Positions 24,230 through 37,480 of a stretch of 64,000 bases of DNA are shown here, piece by piece. Each line of letters starts with the position of its first letter. Within the stretch, counting starts at the first letter, position 1. A program made the translations under genes and the position numbers. The stretch is from Felis catus (taxonomy: Eukaryota): the NCBI RefSeq assembly GCF_018350175.1, contig NC_058368.1, positions 99,822,001 through 99,886,000 of the forward strand, in the 5' to 3' direction. Below the pieces are notes generated by a model. The model saw only the letters and a list, made by a program, of their open reading frames with translations. It was not told where the DNA came from and made no database searches.

Positions 24230-25980
24230 ATCGTCATCGTCATTTTTACATGCTAAATCCTACGCTAGTCAGTGGGGATGAATACACCAAGAGCGAGACA
24301 CACAAGTTCTCTGCTCTCAGAAAGTTAACAGTCCCTTGGGAGTGAGACATAAATAAAACAAAGAGAAAATGCAAATATAAATGCAGTAATGAAAATGTGA
24401 TGCACTGCTATCACATTTTAGTAGGGGGGCTCACTGTAACTAGGTTGGTTAAAGAGAACACCTCAGAAGACGACGTTTCAACTGATATTTAAAAAAATAT
24501 CAGCAATGCAGGGGTGCCTGGATGGCTCAGTCGGTTGAGCATCCAACTTTGGGTCAGGTCATGATCCTTTGGGTCAGGTTCATGAGTTTGAGCCCTGCAT
24601 GGGGCTCTGTGCTGACAGCTCAGAGCCTGGAGCCTGCTTCAGATTCTGTGTCTCCCTCTCTCTCTGCCCCTCCCCGGCTCAAGCTCTGTCTCTGTCTCTC
24701 TCAAAAATAAATAAACATCAAAAACAAATTAAAAAAATATATCAGCCATGCAAAGAATCATGGACAGTACATTCCAGGTAGAAGAACAGGACATGGAAAT
24801 ACCTTGAAACAGGAAAAAATTCAGACAGCCAAGGTCCGAGCAGGAACAACAGACACAATCAAGCTGGGCTGATTAGAGGAGGATTTTCATGAAAACAACT
24901 ACTTGCAAAATTGTGAGCAGGGAAGGCAGCAGCATGGGCCTGGTAATACATGAGCTCTTACCACCCCAAGCCAAAAAGATGAGAAAAGCCATGTGTTACC
25001 AGAACCCAGAAGGAAAGAGGTATCACATCAGGATGCCTTGAGAGGCCTTGACCAATTAAAGAATGGAGCCAGCCAGAAGTGCCAGGGAAGAAATAACCCC
25101 TCCCTCAGATCTCCAGCTAAGCCACCCTATTCATCCACCCAGGGACCACAAAGGCAAGAACCAATGATGTAGTGTATCAAGCGGAGCCTCCTGGGGCAGA
25201 GAGCAGGTTGGAGAAAGGAGAGAGGAACAACAGGAGCAAAGATAAGAAATACAGCCAGCGCTGTGAGTTAGAATAAGTGAAAAAAATCTGGAATGAACAG
25301 AATATAGGGACTGAGGAGAGGAATGCCACAAAACAGGGTGGATAGGCAGGCAGGAAATGAATGACTCAGGGGCACCAAAGGGTTTTAGATTCTATACCAA
25401 ATGCAATGAGAAGTCACTGGAGGGTACTCCGAAGGGAATGACATGATCCAATATGTGTTTTAACTCAGTTTAATTTGTGAAAAGCAGACTGGAAGAGCAG
25501 AAGCAGAACTAGAGAGACTCACATGGAAACTATGGCAATTATCTAGGCAAAGCGCATGTTGGTGACTTGGATCAGCCTGGAAACAGTGGAGATGGAGAGA
25601 AGTGGGCACATTCAAGTTAAAGTAGGACCGACAGGACCTTCTCATGGATTGGATGTTTGGGTAACAGAAAAAGGGGGAACCAAAGCCAACTACTAATCTC
25701 TGGCTTGAACCACAGGGTGAACATTCCTCATTGGCCAGGCCTGGGCGGGAACAGATTTGGGAGGGGAGGGTAATGGGTTCCATCTTGGATATGTTAAATT
25801 TGAGATGACTCAGAGACATCAAGTGAAGATGGCAAATAAGCAACAAAATACCTAAGCCCTAGCTCAAAGAAGTGGACTGGCCTCGTGATAGAGTCATCAG
25901 AATGTGTTGGTAAAGACCAACATGCCAGGAGAATTGATGAGATCACCTAGAGAGAGTGGGTAAGAGGAAAGATGGTCTCT
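24230..25980 (-). mobile_element. L2 fragments (antisense), interrupted by a SINE and an LTR-like insert
   Basis: gcaatgagaagtcactggagggt, gacatgatccaatatgtgtttt, ttggatatgttaaatttgagatg...agacatcaagtgaagatg. Confidence 0.72.
24511..24737 (+). mobile_element. SINEC_Fc-type SINE
   Basis: TSD atatcagcaatgca/atatcagccatgca. Confidence 0.95.
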
Positions 25981-26019
25981 GATTTGCCCAGATCATTTTC
26001 ACATATATCAGTTGAGTTT

Positions 26020-26400
26020 AAACCAGAAATATTTATAATTTCTTGTACCATAGACACCCATAATGGTACAATAAAACCTAGGGACCCCATTTCAGAATAA
26101 GTTTTCTCAAGGCATAAAGTGCTACATGGGACAACTCAGGAAACCAATTATTTTGAAAAATACTTATTGAAATACAAAAATCTATAATAGAGTAAGTTAT
26201 TTCTTTTAATGCATTAGATATCTACAGAGATGAGTCTAGTAACTAACATAAACTCAAAAGAGTGAGGAGCATAAATGATGTTTTCTAATACCTGTAACTG
26301 GAATACAGTGTCAAAAAAAAATGTTATTTCTGCTAATGACAGACACTGGCATTCACAGCCTATCATGCACGTGCCTATAATCAAAAGGAAGGCAATATTA
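26020..26400 (+). mobile_element. MER119-like hAT-Charlie element
   Basis: gggaccccatttcagaataagttttctcaaggcataaa...aggaaaccaattattttgaaa resembles the recalled MER119 consensus. Confidence 0.55.
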
Positions 26401-26899
26401 AATGTTAGTAGAGGACACCTTCTACCCTCAAGGAGGTTACTGTGCTGGTCCGTGAGTCCGGGGGGGTGAGGGAGGGTGCAGAAGCCATACAAGTCACTGG
26501 ACCATTGCACTGTTGGAGCAGCACACTGGTGGGGAAGGAGAACTCACTGAGTGAAGGGAGACTGTGGAGGCCTTGGGAAGTCTCACAGACGTCTCTCCAG
26601 CCTTGTTAGCAAGGAAGTACGTGTTTGACATTGCAGACAAAGCGACAGCACAAAAACGTGTATGGAATCAGGGACAGAGCAATCAAATGCAGCAACAGCA
26701 CAGTTACTCTGTGCACTGGCCTTATCCTCTGCATTATTTCTTTTCTCAGAAAGGCAGGGAAAATGCAGGTGACTCACAGCTCCCATGTCTTCCCCTCTCA
26801 CAAACAGTATCCTGACCTGACCCACAGAACCAGAATATAAAGAATCTTTCGAACTTGCTAATTGGTCTGTATGGAACCTACTTCACCTAGATCACTGCA

Positions 26900-27177
26900 G
26901 GGTTTGGATCCTTACTCTATTCAGATCTCAGCTCATATGTGACCTTGTCCATGAAGCCTTCCTGCACTGACCAATACCAAACAGTCTTTATCTCCATCAC
27001 TCTCTCCATGCTTTTTCCCACAGCATTTACCACTGCTTGAAATTCTCCTCTGAGGAGGGGCGCCTGGGTGGCTGAGTCAGTTACGCATCTGACTCCTGAT
27101 TTTGGTTCAGGTCATAATTTCATGGTTCATGAGTTTGAGCCCTGTGTTGGGCACATGCTGAGCATGGAGGCTGCTTG

Positions 27178-27212
<35 letters not shown>

Positions 27213-27478
27213 CTCGCTCTCGCTCTCGCTCTCTGCCCCTCCCCCACTCATGCATCCATGCTCTCTCTCAAAATAAATAAATAAACATTATAAAAAGAAT
27301 CCTTTATTTAAAAATATATATATATTTTGAGGCAAGAACACAAGTATTGTCAGACTCCACCACAAGGAAGCTGCCTAAGGGCTGTGACTTCTTGTTCACA
27401 GCTATTTCCACAAGGGCTAGACAAGTGACTGGTGCACAGTAATAACTCACTAAATGTGTTGAGTAAATGAGTGAATCC
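26900..27478 (+). mobile_element. L2 3' end interrupted by a SINE
   Basis: cttgttcacagctatttcc...actggtgcacagtaataactcactaaatgtgttgagtaaatgagtgaat. Confidence 0.75.
27057..27295 (+). mobile_element. CanSINE with (CT)n/(CTCTCG)n
   Basis: Head/body/tail. Confidence 0.93.
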
Positions 27479-28095
27479 ACATATTGTTTAAGAATGTATT
27501 TGTCCCGGTGTGGTTGTAGCTGTGACTGCCACCCTGAACCACGTGCCCCTGTGTTCCTCAGTAACCATCCTGTATATGTGAACTACCACCCTTGCCCTTG
27601 TATATGCTACACAAAATGGCCCTTGGGGCTACACCTTCCCATTCTGTCCCCATCTTGGGTTTAACTTCTTTGCCTTCACTTACTGAAAAGCTAAGACTGT
27701 GGAGTAGAAACTCTCTTTAGATGCTGCACTCCAACATAACACTCTGCTTATCTCTGAGGGCAGCGGCACTGTCACACCCTACATCCCGACAGCGGGCTAG
27801 AACAGGACTTTGTCTCGCAATGCTATTGACCCTGCAGCTGGAAAGCCCTTTGGCAAAGACATGAAGCGAAAGCCTCAAAACACCACCAGGTCCTGCCTCT
27901 TCTCTGATGGCTCCATCCCTGCAGCCTCCGCACCTTCCTGTTCTCTGCCAACAGCATCTCTCTGGGTTTGTCTACTACATCCATTCCTTTATCACTTCCA
28001 CTTTTAAATTTCTCTACATAGTGACACAAGTAAGAAAATGAGAACCTGCCGAGGTAGCACAATTGAGATAGAGAGTATAAATTCAAGAAAATACT

Positions 28096-28333
28096 GGGCC
28101 ACCTGGGTGGCTCAGTTGGTTAAGCGTCTGACTTCAGCTCAGGTCATGATCTCAAGGTTCGTCGGTCCCAGCCCCACGTCGGGCTCTGTGCTGACAGCTC
28201 AAATCTTGCACCCTGCTTCGGTTTCTGTGTCTCCCTCTCTTTCTGCTCCCCCCAACGTCCACTGCTTGCACTCTCTCTCTCTCTCTCTCTCTCTCTCAAA
28301 AAAAAAAAAATTAAAAATTTTTAAATAAAAAAA
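28096..28333 (+). mobile_element. SINEC_Fc-type SINE
   Basis: Head/body/(CT)n/poly-A; TSD aaattcaagaaaata/aaattcaacaaaata. Confidence 0.94.
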
Positions 28334-28556
28334 ATTCAACAAAATATTTAGGAGGTGAAATATACAAGGTGGGTAACAGGCTGAGAACGGTAACAAAAGT
28401 AAAACAGATAAATAAAGTAAAACAGATAAATAAGAAATATAGAGAAGAATGTTCCATGTCACATAAATTAATGCAGTTCTGGATATTTAGGATGCTAAGT
28501 GCTTGTGATGTAACCACATAGACAAGCTGAGAAAGCAGTTAAGAATATCAGTCCAG

Positions 28557-28760
28557 GAGCAGCTGGTGACTCTGTTGGTTGATTGTTCAACTCTTGATTT
28601 CAGCTCATGTCATGATCCCAGGGTTCGTGGGTTAGAGCCCTGTGTCAGGCTCTGCACTGTCAGTGCTTGAGATTCTCTCTTGCCCTCTCTCTCTGCCCCT
28701 CCCCTGATTGCTCTCTTCCTCTGTCTCTCTAAATAAAATAAACTTTAGGAGAAAAAAAAA
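28557..28760 (+). mobile_element. CanSINE (older)
   Basis: Diverged head, cagctcatgtcatgatcc, tail. Confidence 0.87.
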
Positions 28761-29070
28761 GGAATGTCAATCTAAGAAGTTGGGAGTCATGAACATTTGG
28801 AGGTGTACATTGGGCCATAGAAGTGGATTATGTTGCCCAGAAAAATAACAGCACACACAGCTGGAGGTTGAGTATGGGAAGCTGAAAACACCAACATTTA
28901 GAATTATTATGATTTTGTTATTAAAAGTCAAGGTTTTGTGTACTACCAATGCAGAGATCTCTGGAAAAGAAGGAAAAAAAGAAGTTGATTTAGGGTGGGT
29001 ACCATGATTATTTTTTTGCTCTAAAGTGCATTTCTTATGTAATAGGATAGCTCCTGGTGATCAAATACAC

Positions 29071-29073
29071 TTT

Positions 29074-29116
<43 letters not shown>

Positions 29117-29144
29117 TTTTGAGAGAGAGAGAGTGGGTTAGGGG

Positions 29145-29188
<44 letters not shown>

Positions 29189-29312
29189 CCCAAGCAGGCT
29201 CTGCATCGTCAAGGCAGAGCCCGATGCTGGGCTCGAACTCATGAACCGTGAGATTATGACCTGAGCTAAAATCAAGAGTCAGATGCTTAACTGACTGAGC
29301 CACCCAGGTGCC
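29071..29312 (-). mobile_element. CanSINE with (TTTA)n and (GA)n
   Basis: Reverse-complement SINE. Confidence 0.94.
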
Positions 29313-30249
29313 TCAGATCTGCAGTAAACTTTAAAATAAACTAGTATCTGAGCCGCTGTCATAGGACAGTAAAACATATTCTTAGGCAAGGCAACTGAAA
29401 CTTCCCACTGCTTGTCAGCCAAAACCGTGCACCAAAGCAGAACATAGATCAAACTGCATTATATCATCAAGTGTTCAGCACTACTTTTTGCCAAGTGCCA
29501 CCTTTTCAAGTCTTGCTTCTGACAGGGAACACTTTCTAGCAAGGCCGTCAAAATTCATGACTGTAAAAGTGGAACATTCCAAGGTTCCCTGGTGCTTCTT
29601 GGCTTTCGCACAGAATATGCTCTCTGCATGGAAACTTTTCTCTCCATTCTTCCCTCTCCGATCCCTTTACAATCGGCCAAACATCCCTTCTGTGTCATCC
29701 ACATGCCTACCTTTAACCATTGCTCGTTCATCACGTTTAGCTGTCTGTGACCTAGGGGTCTCATGTTTCCTGTTATCTTTCATGAAACTGAGGCAGACTA
29801 ATTTGTTAGCTGGCAAACAGAGGAAAATCTCAGACTCTTCATAGATCTTGAGAGAAGGAAGGATCAGTACGTCCAAAAAACCTAACAAAATATCTACCTG
29901 CTTTCTGTCACCTGATATTGCATTCCATTCTCTGGATTGACTCTATACCTTGCTAAGCTCCAGACAGTCTTAGAGGAAAAACCATAAAAATAATTATCCC
30001 ATAGAAAAAAAAAGATTCTAACGATATAATGAAAAGGCTACTGCTGAGCCACTAGTGAAAGAAATGGCAACTTAATAAGGGTCTGGAATTAGCCAAGGTA
30101 AATTTGCCTTGATCACATTACCTTGACACCAGTATTTCTGTTCTGGCTTAACCATATTTATATTTTCAGTATTCATTCTGGAATTTCTCTAAATTCACCA
30201 GCCACAACACTGCAGAAAATACTTATAAACCATGTGGGTTTTTTCAACT

Positions 30250-30436
30250 TTTTAAAATTATTTTGAGAGAGACAGAGACATCACGAGTGAGGGCAGAGCA
30301 GAGATAGAGGGAGAGAGAAAATCCCAAGGAGTCCGCACTGGCAGATGTGGAGCTCGAACTCACAAAACCACGAAACTGAACTGAGCCAAAACCAAGAGTT
30401 GGGCACTTAACCGACTAAGCCACTCAGGCTCCCCCC
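30250..30436 (-). mobile_element. CanSINE
   Basis: TSD ttttttcaacttt. Confidence 0.9.
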
Positions 30437-30708
30437 TTTTTTTTCAACTTTAGATAAAACAACCTCTTTTAACTTGATTTATTACCAAAATCCTTTTGCA
30501 GCTTCAAGAAAGCTTTGATTTCTAACATTTTAGTATGTTTTGATCTTGCAATAATTTAAGGAGGTGAGTTCCTAAATCATCAAGTGTGCTTAATCAGTAG
30601 AAGAATGAATACTGCCTGGCAAGTATATACGTCTTTATTCGTACTGAAAAAATTTTAAATTACTATTAGTTTATAGAATAATGTTAATAAAAAAAAACAA
30701 ATTCTTCC

Positions 30709-30832
30709 GGGGCACCTGGGTGGCTCAGTCAGTTACTTTTCTGACTTCGGCTCAGGTCATGATCTCACGGTTACTGAGTTCAAGCCCCACAGAGTGCTCT
30801 GTGCTGACAGTGTGGAGCCTGCTTTGGACTCT

Positions 30833-30879
<47 letters not shown>

Positions 30880-30939
30880 CCTCCCCTGCTCTCACTCTGT
30901 CACTCTCTCTCTCAAAAAAATGAATACACATTAAAAAAA
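30709..30939 (+). mobile_element. CanSINE
   Basis: TSD aaattcttcc. Confidence 0.94.
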
Positions 30940-31806
30940 ATTCTTCCCAGTAATATTTTTTATTTATCATTAAAAAGCTCCAAATACTTCATGGGTATTA
31001 TTACAATTGATGCTTACATTACCTTTAGGAAATGAATAAGCACATAAGTCATTTTCTCTATTATATAATTAGGGATCTAGCATTCAGTTGTTTTCCTAAG
31101 GAACACAGCTTTCTAAACTATGTACAGAACTCAAGATATGACCACAGTGCCTATATCTGGACAGAGTCTATAACAAGGCCCCAAGGGTGGTATGACAGAA
31201 GAGTTTGTACAAATCTTAACAGCTTTTTGAAATATTTACATTGAAAGCCTGTATTTACGCTTCTAAACACCATGAATTTGGCAGTCATGCTGAGGTAAAT
31301 ATTTCTAGCATTCTGTATATGGGAAAGTATACATGTGTCAACACTGTAGTGACGAAATGTGTGTTCCAGGCACCCCAAAATGTGTTTTTTAATGAATTAA
31401 TTAACCAACAAATTAATTTTCACTATAACCCTTTAAAGATTTCTCTAGGATTTCAGCTCAGTGGTCTGGGGGTTCTCTGTGGCTAACATCAAGAACTCTG
31501 GCTCTGTGGCTCAGCAGAACTTGTGAGCTTCTGGTCAGAAAGATGGAAATTTAAGAAAGAGAGAAGAAACCTTACATCAGTCTTGGAAAGAGTGAGGGAG
31601 AGTGTGTCCAAACTGCATCTCAGGGTGTGGTCCTGGGGAACGCACCTGCAACAGTTGATTCTGGGATCAGTGGATTTCAAGAGAGAAAACACCAAGTTGG
31701 AATTGTAGAACTTGCTACCCCCTGGCAGGAAGGACCTCTACGGGTAGTAGCAGATGGAGCACTAGAATCTCTGGCACACGTGGCAGTCCAACTGCCAAAA
31801 TTCTCC

Positions 31807-32029
31807 GGGGCCCTGGGGCTTCTGGATGGTTAAGCGTCTGACTTCAGCTCAGGTCATGATCTCATGGTTTGTGAGTTCGAGCCCCGCGTCCGGCTGTGTG
31901 CTGATGTCTCAGAGCCTGGAGCCTGCTTCAGATTCTGTGTCTCCCCCTCTCTGTGCCTCTCCCCTGCACATTCTCTCTCTCTCTCTCTGTCTCTCTCAAA
32001 AACAAATAAACATTAAAAGAAAAAAAAAA
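31807..32029 (+). mobile_element. SINEC_Fc-type SINE
   Basis: Body/tail consensus. Confidence 0.93.
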
Positions 32030-32536
32030 GCTCTCCAGAGACCTAAACTAGGATATTATGCAAGTGGAAGAAAAAACATTAGCTGGTGCATTGTGTGAAT
32101 TATCTGAGAAATAGGAGAGACATAGTAACAATAAATAACACAACGCAATTGGGTGATTATTACTAAGAACGATTGAGATTCTGAGGAAAGATCAAGAAAA
32201 GCTAAGAGGGATTAGTCACTGACGGATAGTTAAGTGAAAGTCAGAGGGCCTCCTTGCTAGTTCACAGTCACTAATCTCTTTCAGAGGGCAGGAAAAGTTG
32301 GAGGCCAGGCCCAAGACTTAGTATCCGGAGTAGCTCAACTCCAAAGAAGGTTAAACCGTCCACCAAAGCAGTTAGTTCTGCTCTGCAAAATTGAGAGCTC
32401 TCTGTGGAAGAATGCAACCCAAGCAGCTCTCTAGGGGATCCAGAGCACAAAAGGCTCCACTGAGTGCCCACACTGCAATGTAAGAACTCAGTTACTTGGA
32501 TCTATCAGACTTCATGCTATAAAAGAATTTGGTGGT

Positions 32537-32757
32537 GGGGCACCTGGGTGGCTCAGTTGGTTAAGTGTCCGACTTCAGCTCAGGTCATGATCTCGAAGTT
32601 CCTGAGTTTGAGCCCTGTGTCGGGCTCTGTGCTGACAGCTCAGAGCCTGGAGCCTGCTTCGGATTCTGTGTCTCCCTCTGTCTCTGCCCCTCCTCCGCTC
32701 ATGCTCTGTCTCTCTCTCTCAAAAATTAATAAATGTCAAAAAAATTTTTTTAAAAAG
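32537..32757 (+). mobile_element. SINEC_Fc-type SINE
   Basis: TSD taaaagaatttggtggt/aaaaagagtttggcagt. Confidence 0.95.
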
Positions 32758-33024
32758 AGTTTGGCAGTGAGAAAAGATGACACAGGGAATTTGTGAAAAG
32801 CTCCAGTGACATCACAATGCAAACTTCTTCAACAAGGCCATACTCTCTGTAACACACAGCTACAATCCTAATTCCACACAAGCTTTTAATATTTTGCTTT
32901 AACTTACTTTTAGAATATAGATTTCTGGGCTTCTATATTGTTTTCATGGTTATTCATTTTAAAAGCTGAATAATTTCCTGTTAAGTTCACATAATATAAT
33001 TTACCTTTATGTTATTAAAAATGA

Positions 33025-33214
33025 GGGGCACCTGGGTGGTTTAGTCGGTTAAGTGTCTCTTGATTTCGGCACAGGTGATGATCTCACAGTTCGTGTGTTG
33101 GAACCCTACATAGGGCTTAAGGCTCAAAGCCTGCTTGGGACTCTCTCTCTCTCTTCCTGTCTTTTTGCCCCTCCCTTGCTTGTGTGCTCTCAAAATAAAT
33201 AAATTTTTTAAAAA
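33025..33214 (+). mobile_element. CanSINE
   Basis: Head/body/tail. Confidence 0.9.
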
Positions 33215-33741
33215 GCCCATTTCTCTGTGTTTTTTGTTGCTATTACATACAATAAATACTTTGATGAACATTTGGCACATGTAACTTTATATTAATTTGA
33301 ATTATTTCTGTAGCGTTAAATACCAGTAGTAGAGTGTTGGAGACAAACACATGAACATTTCTATGTCTCTTGATTATTATCATTATCTTATTTTATCTGC
33401 TCTCCAAAATTCTTGTAGCAATTATAGTAATTTAAACCATTTCTATAGGGCATCAAATCCTCAAAAAATGAAGTAACTTATCCCCTCAAAAAAGAGCTTC
33501 ATCAGTAACACAACTGGTATTAGAATCACATCTTGACTAGCATGATATTAATTTATTGAGTATACACTTAAACATACAAGAAAAAAATGAAATCATGGGC
33601 TTGGTTTTTCCCAGACGAAAGTAGATTTTCCTCAATCCCAAGGATAAGAGGAACTTAATTTGATGATGTTTCTTCAGCATGAAATACTTTTTCCTGATCT
33701 TCTCCTTACTTAGAAATTTCTACCCATTCTTCTTTAAAAGG

Positions 33742-33795
33742 TTTTTTTTAAATGTTTATTTTTGAGACAGAGAGAAAACGTACAGGTGCGCGCGC

Positions 33796-33836
<41 letters not shown>

Positions 33837-33952
33837 TGGGGGAGGGGCAGAGAGGGTGACAGAGAAGCCCAATATGAGACTTGAACCCACGAACCATGAG
33901 ATCATGATCTGAGCCAAAGTCCAACGCTCAACTGACTGAGCCACCCAGGACC
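33742..33952 (-). mobile_element. CanSINE with (CA)n
   Basis: TSD ctacccattcttcttt/ctacctattcttcttt. Confidence 0.92.
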
Positions 33953-34819
33953 ACCTACCTATTCTTCTTTAGAGAAGAACTCAAAATTTAATTTATGGAA
34001 GAAATCGCCCTTTACCTCCAGATTAGCTTAGGTTTCCTATAAAACACTGTCATTCCAGACTAACTTCCTCTTGCAGAATCTATCACAACTATAATTAAAT
34101 CATTAATAAGTAATTACTTTCCTAACACAACATAAGCTAATTTCTGTCTGTCTTGTTCTCCACTAGATCTATAATATCTACAACAGTGCTATACATACAC
34201 AATTGCTCAATGTTTATTGAATAAATAACCAATACATGGATAGTAGGACGGATGGTCAAATTATTAGTTAAGCAGTACTGAATGACGCTCACCAAAAATA
34301 CTGTTAGCATTCTTTTTTTCTAAAAATCTATAAGGAAACTTGGCTTCAAGATGATGCATTTTTATAAGGCCTTTTCCTTTATTGACTCCAAAAATCATGG
34401 TGAAATGACAGTAGAAGTATACTATAAACAATAAAATACAGCACAAAAATAGAAAATATGCCACTGATGAAGGAAAAATTTTCTGGTGGACAGAATGTAC
34501 ATGATAGTGTAATGGCAGACAAATCAGATCAGACGAAGTGACTACCCAAAGCATTAACAGAAGACTTTTGTAGAGATGGGGGTTGTTTAGCCTGGTAAAG
34601 ACCTGAAAAGATTTCAAGCTTGGAGTTGGCAGATATTGAAAATAGAAATGGGGTATAGGGAAGCACCATGTGTTAACTACAAGGTTACAGCCCTCAAAAG
34701 CTGAAGAGAAAGATTTTCCTACTGGCCAATCATGACATGAATGTTAAGAAAGGGGAGAAAGGCAACTGAAAGCCTGTAGTGACTCTATACCTCCGTGGTA
34801 GACCTGTGGGGATTCATTG

Positions 34820-35100
34820 GGTGGAATTTGAGAAACGTAACAGATGGACATAGGGGAAGGAAAGGAAAAATAAGATAAAAACAGAGAGGGAGGAAAATGA
34901 AAGGAGACTCTTAAATACAGAGAACAATCTGAGGGTTGATGGGGGTCGGGGGTGTTAAATGGATGACAGACCTGAAGGAGGGCACTTTTCAGGATGAGCA
35001 CTGAGGGTCCTATGTAAGAGATGAATCACTGGGTTCTACTCCTGAAGCCAAGACTACACTGTATGTTAACTAACTTGAGAACAAAAATAAGTTAAAAAAT
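34820..35100 (+). mobile_element. Carnivore L1 3'UTR end
   Basis: gtggaatttgagaaacgtaacaga...cactgtatgttaactaacttgagaac; homologous to 11880-12170. Confidence 0.88.
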
Positions 35101-35154
35101 GTAAAAGGGAAGCAAAGCAGCTTCACCCGTAAATAAACCATGTTCACATGTTCC

Positions 35155-35168
35155 CCACCAGAGGGCAG
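35155..35168 (+). promoter_or_regulatory. Candidate CTCF binding site
   Basis: CCACCAGAGGGCAG matches the CCASYAGRKGGCRS core at all 14 positions. Confidence 0.45.
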
Positions 35169-35621
35169 AATGCTTACGTTGGCAGCTGGCACAGATGAAG
35201 GCGTGCCCAAATGTTCCCCAATTTTGTGACAAAAAGGTAGACTGCTGGGTGACAAAATCCATGCACTTGAAGAAAATTCACATCCAGGCATTCTACTGAG
35301 GGTGAAGTCTTGAGGATATGCAGATATTTGAATGGTGACTACTATCTGTCCAGACTAAAGAGCAGAAGACTTTATCTATAACCATGAGTGGTCACACAAG
35401 GACAGCCACACTGTTTCATAAAAATAACAACATGAAAAAGAAACATTCAGTTTTCAAGTTTTAAAAACAGACTCATAGGCCAAATACCAATATTGTAAAG
35501 AACAGATGATAATACTATTAAAAAGAAACTAGTTTTATGCTAAGAGAGATTAAAGAAGATTATTACTGAAAGTCTTTTTCTGTCTAAGATTTAGATGGGA
35601 GGAAAGAATATTGTGTTCACC

Positions 35622-35660
<39 letters not shown>

Positions 35661-35661
35661 A
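35622..35661 (+). repeat. (TAAA)n microsatellite
   Basis: About 10 TAAA units. Confidence 0.9.
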
Positions 35662-35700
35662 AATGCTAGATACTTTCTTTTTTTTTTAATTCTAATTTTT

Positions 35701-35885
35701 GGGGACATCTGGGTGACTTAGTTAAGCATCTGATTTTTGGTTTTGGCTCAGGTCATGATCTCACGGGTTGTGACTTTGAGCCCCCAAGTCTCTCTCTTTC
35801 CCTCTCTCTCTGCCCCTCCCCTGCTCATGCTCTCTCTCTTTTTTTTCTCTCTCTCAGTAAATAGACTTCAAAAAATAAAAATAAA
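35701..35885 (+). mobile_element. CanSINE, internally deleted
   Basis: TSD aattctaattttt. Confidence 0.9.
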
Positions 35886-36091
35886 ATTCTAATTTTTCTT
35901 GAACCTGTCGAAAAGCTGCATTTGCAATGAAATCAAATAACCTAAAATTTAAGGGAGGAAAGATACTTCCTCAGAGAAATGGGATATAAGCCTTGACTCA
36001 CCTGTGGCAGAATATGGAAGGAAGAAATTCAGGTATCAAGGAAGGAGGTTATAAGAGTTTAAGGATCCAGGTAAATTTATTTTAATTGCTC

Positions 36092-36513
36092 TATCAGTCA
36101 GCATTCTCCAGAGAAACAAAACTCATACTAGAGTAAGAAAGGGAAAGAGAGAGAGGACTGTGTTTAAGGAACCCAATCACACAATTATGGAGGCTGACAA
36201 TTCCAGAATCTGCAAAATGGACCAGCAGGATGGAAACCCAGGGAAAAACCGATATTGCAGTTCCAGTACAAAGGTGTCTGATGGCAGAATTCTCTCTGTC
36301 TCAGAAGAAGTCAGACTTCTGTTTGATTCAGGCCTTCAACTGATTGGATGAGGACAAGCCATATAATGGAAGCCAATAGGCGCATGCAAAGCTCACCTAT
36401 TTAAATGTCATTCTTCTCCAAAAACACTCTCATATGAAACATCTAGAGGGACAATGGGCCACATATCTGGGCACTGTAGCCCAGCCAAATTAACACATAA
36501 AATTACCCATCAC
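36092..36513 (-). mobile_element. MLT2 (ERVL) LTR
   Basis: tatcagtcagcattctccagagaaac ... aacacataaaattacccatcaca. Confidence 0.82.
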
Positions 36514-36824
36514 AATTGCTAAAGGCTGAGAGAACAGAACTCTGGGAAGCTATAGACATAGGCCATTTTGTTTCTGCTCTTTTCCATTGACCTCTGCTAT
36601 GTGTTCATGAAAAAGACTAGAGGACAGTGGGAGGCTGAGGAAAGCCTTCCTTGGTGGGCAGGTCTATAGAAATAAAGAGATGGTCATTGCAAGAAAAGCC
36701 TGAAGCCTCAAGAAGAAGCTCTTCCCTATGAAACAAAATCCTGAAGTACTTTAAACATGAAAGGAAGTCCTGTCAACCTGGGGCAAAGGTGAAGACTCAC
36801 TACAGCTGCAAGAAAGTTAAGAGA

Positions 36825-37045
36825 GGGGCGCCTGGGTGGCTTAGTCAGTTAAGTGACCAACTTCGGCTCAGGTCATGATCTCATGGCTTGTGGATTTGAG
36901 CCCCGCATCAGGCTCTGTGCTGACAGCTCAGAGCCTGGAGACTGTTTTGGATTCTGTGTCTCCCTCTCTCTCTGCCCCTCCCCCACTTTCACTCTGTCTC
37001 CTCTCTAAAATAAATAAATGTAAAAAATTGTTTAAAAAAAAGTAA
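36825..37045 (+). mobile_element. SINEC_Fc-type SINE
   Basis: TSD aaagttaagaga/aaagtaaaagaga. Confidence 0.94.
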
Positions 37046-37233
37046 AAGAGAAAATCCTACCCCTGACAGGAGAGCAACACATATTCCTGGGGCCAGAATT
37101 TCATACCAATAGAATCCTGTACCAACCCAATACATACTTATGAGGAAAGGCAGAAACATTGAACTAACACAAAATCTGCAAAATATACAAGGCAGAGATT
37201 GGCTGCCACAGAGACAAGAAGCAGGAGCACAAG

Positions 37234-37480
37234 GGCACTTGGTTGGCTTAGTCTGTTAAGCATCTAACTCTTGGTTTCAGCTCAGGTCATGATCTCATGG
37301 TTGTGAGTTCACTCCCCACATAGGGTTTTGGGCTTGTAGCGTAGCTCACCTTGGATACTCTGTCTCCCTCTCTCTCTGCCCTTTCCCCATTCTTACTCTC
37401 ACTCATCTCTCAAAAATAAATAAATATTTAAAAAAGAAAGTCTATAAAAAATCTTACCAACAAATAAAATTAAAAAAAAG
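37234..37480 (+). mobile_element. CanSINE
   Basis: TSD aagaagcaggagcaca/aagaaccaggatcaca. Confidence 0.91.

Larger units (their letters stand above)
31600..32790 (+). mobile_element. ERVL-type remnant: LTR16-like 3' end plus 5' internal/gag fragment (ERV3-16A3-like), interrupted by two SINEs
   Basis: catctcagggtgtggtcctggggaacgcacctgcaaca (LTR end) then gttgattctggga; gaggccaggcccaagacttagtatccggagtagctcaactccaaagaaggttaaac resembles ERVL gag AQDLxxRVAxLQRRLN. Confidence 0.55.
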
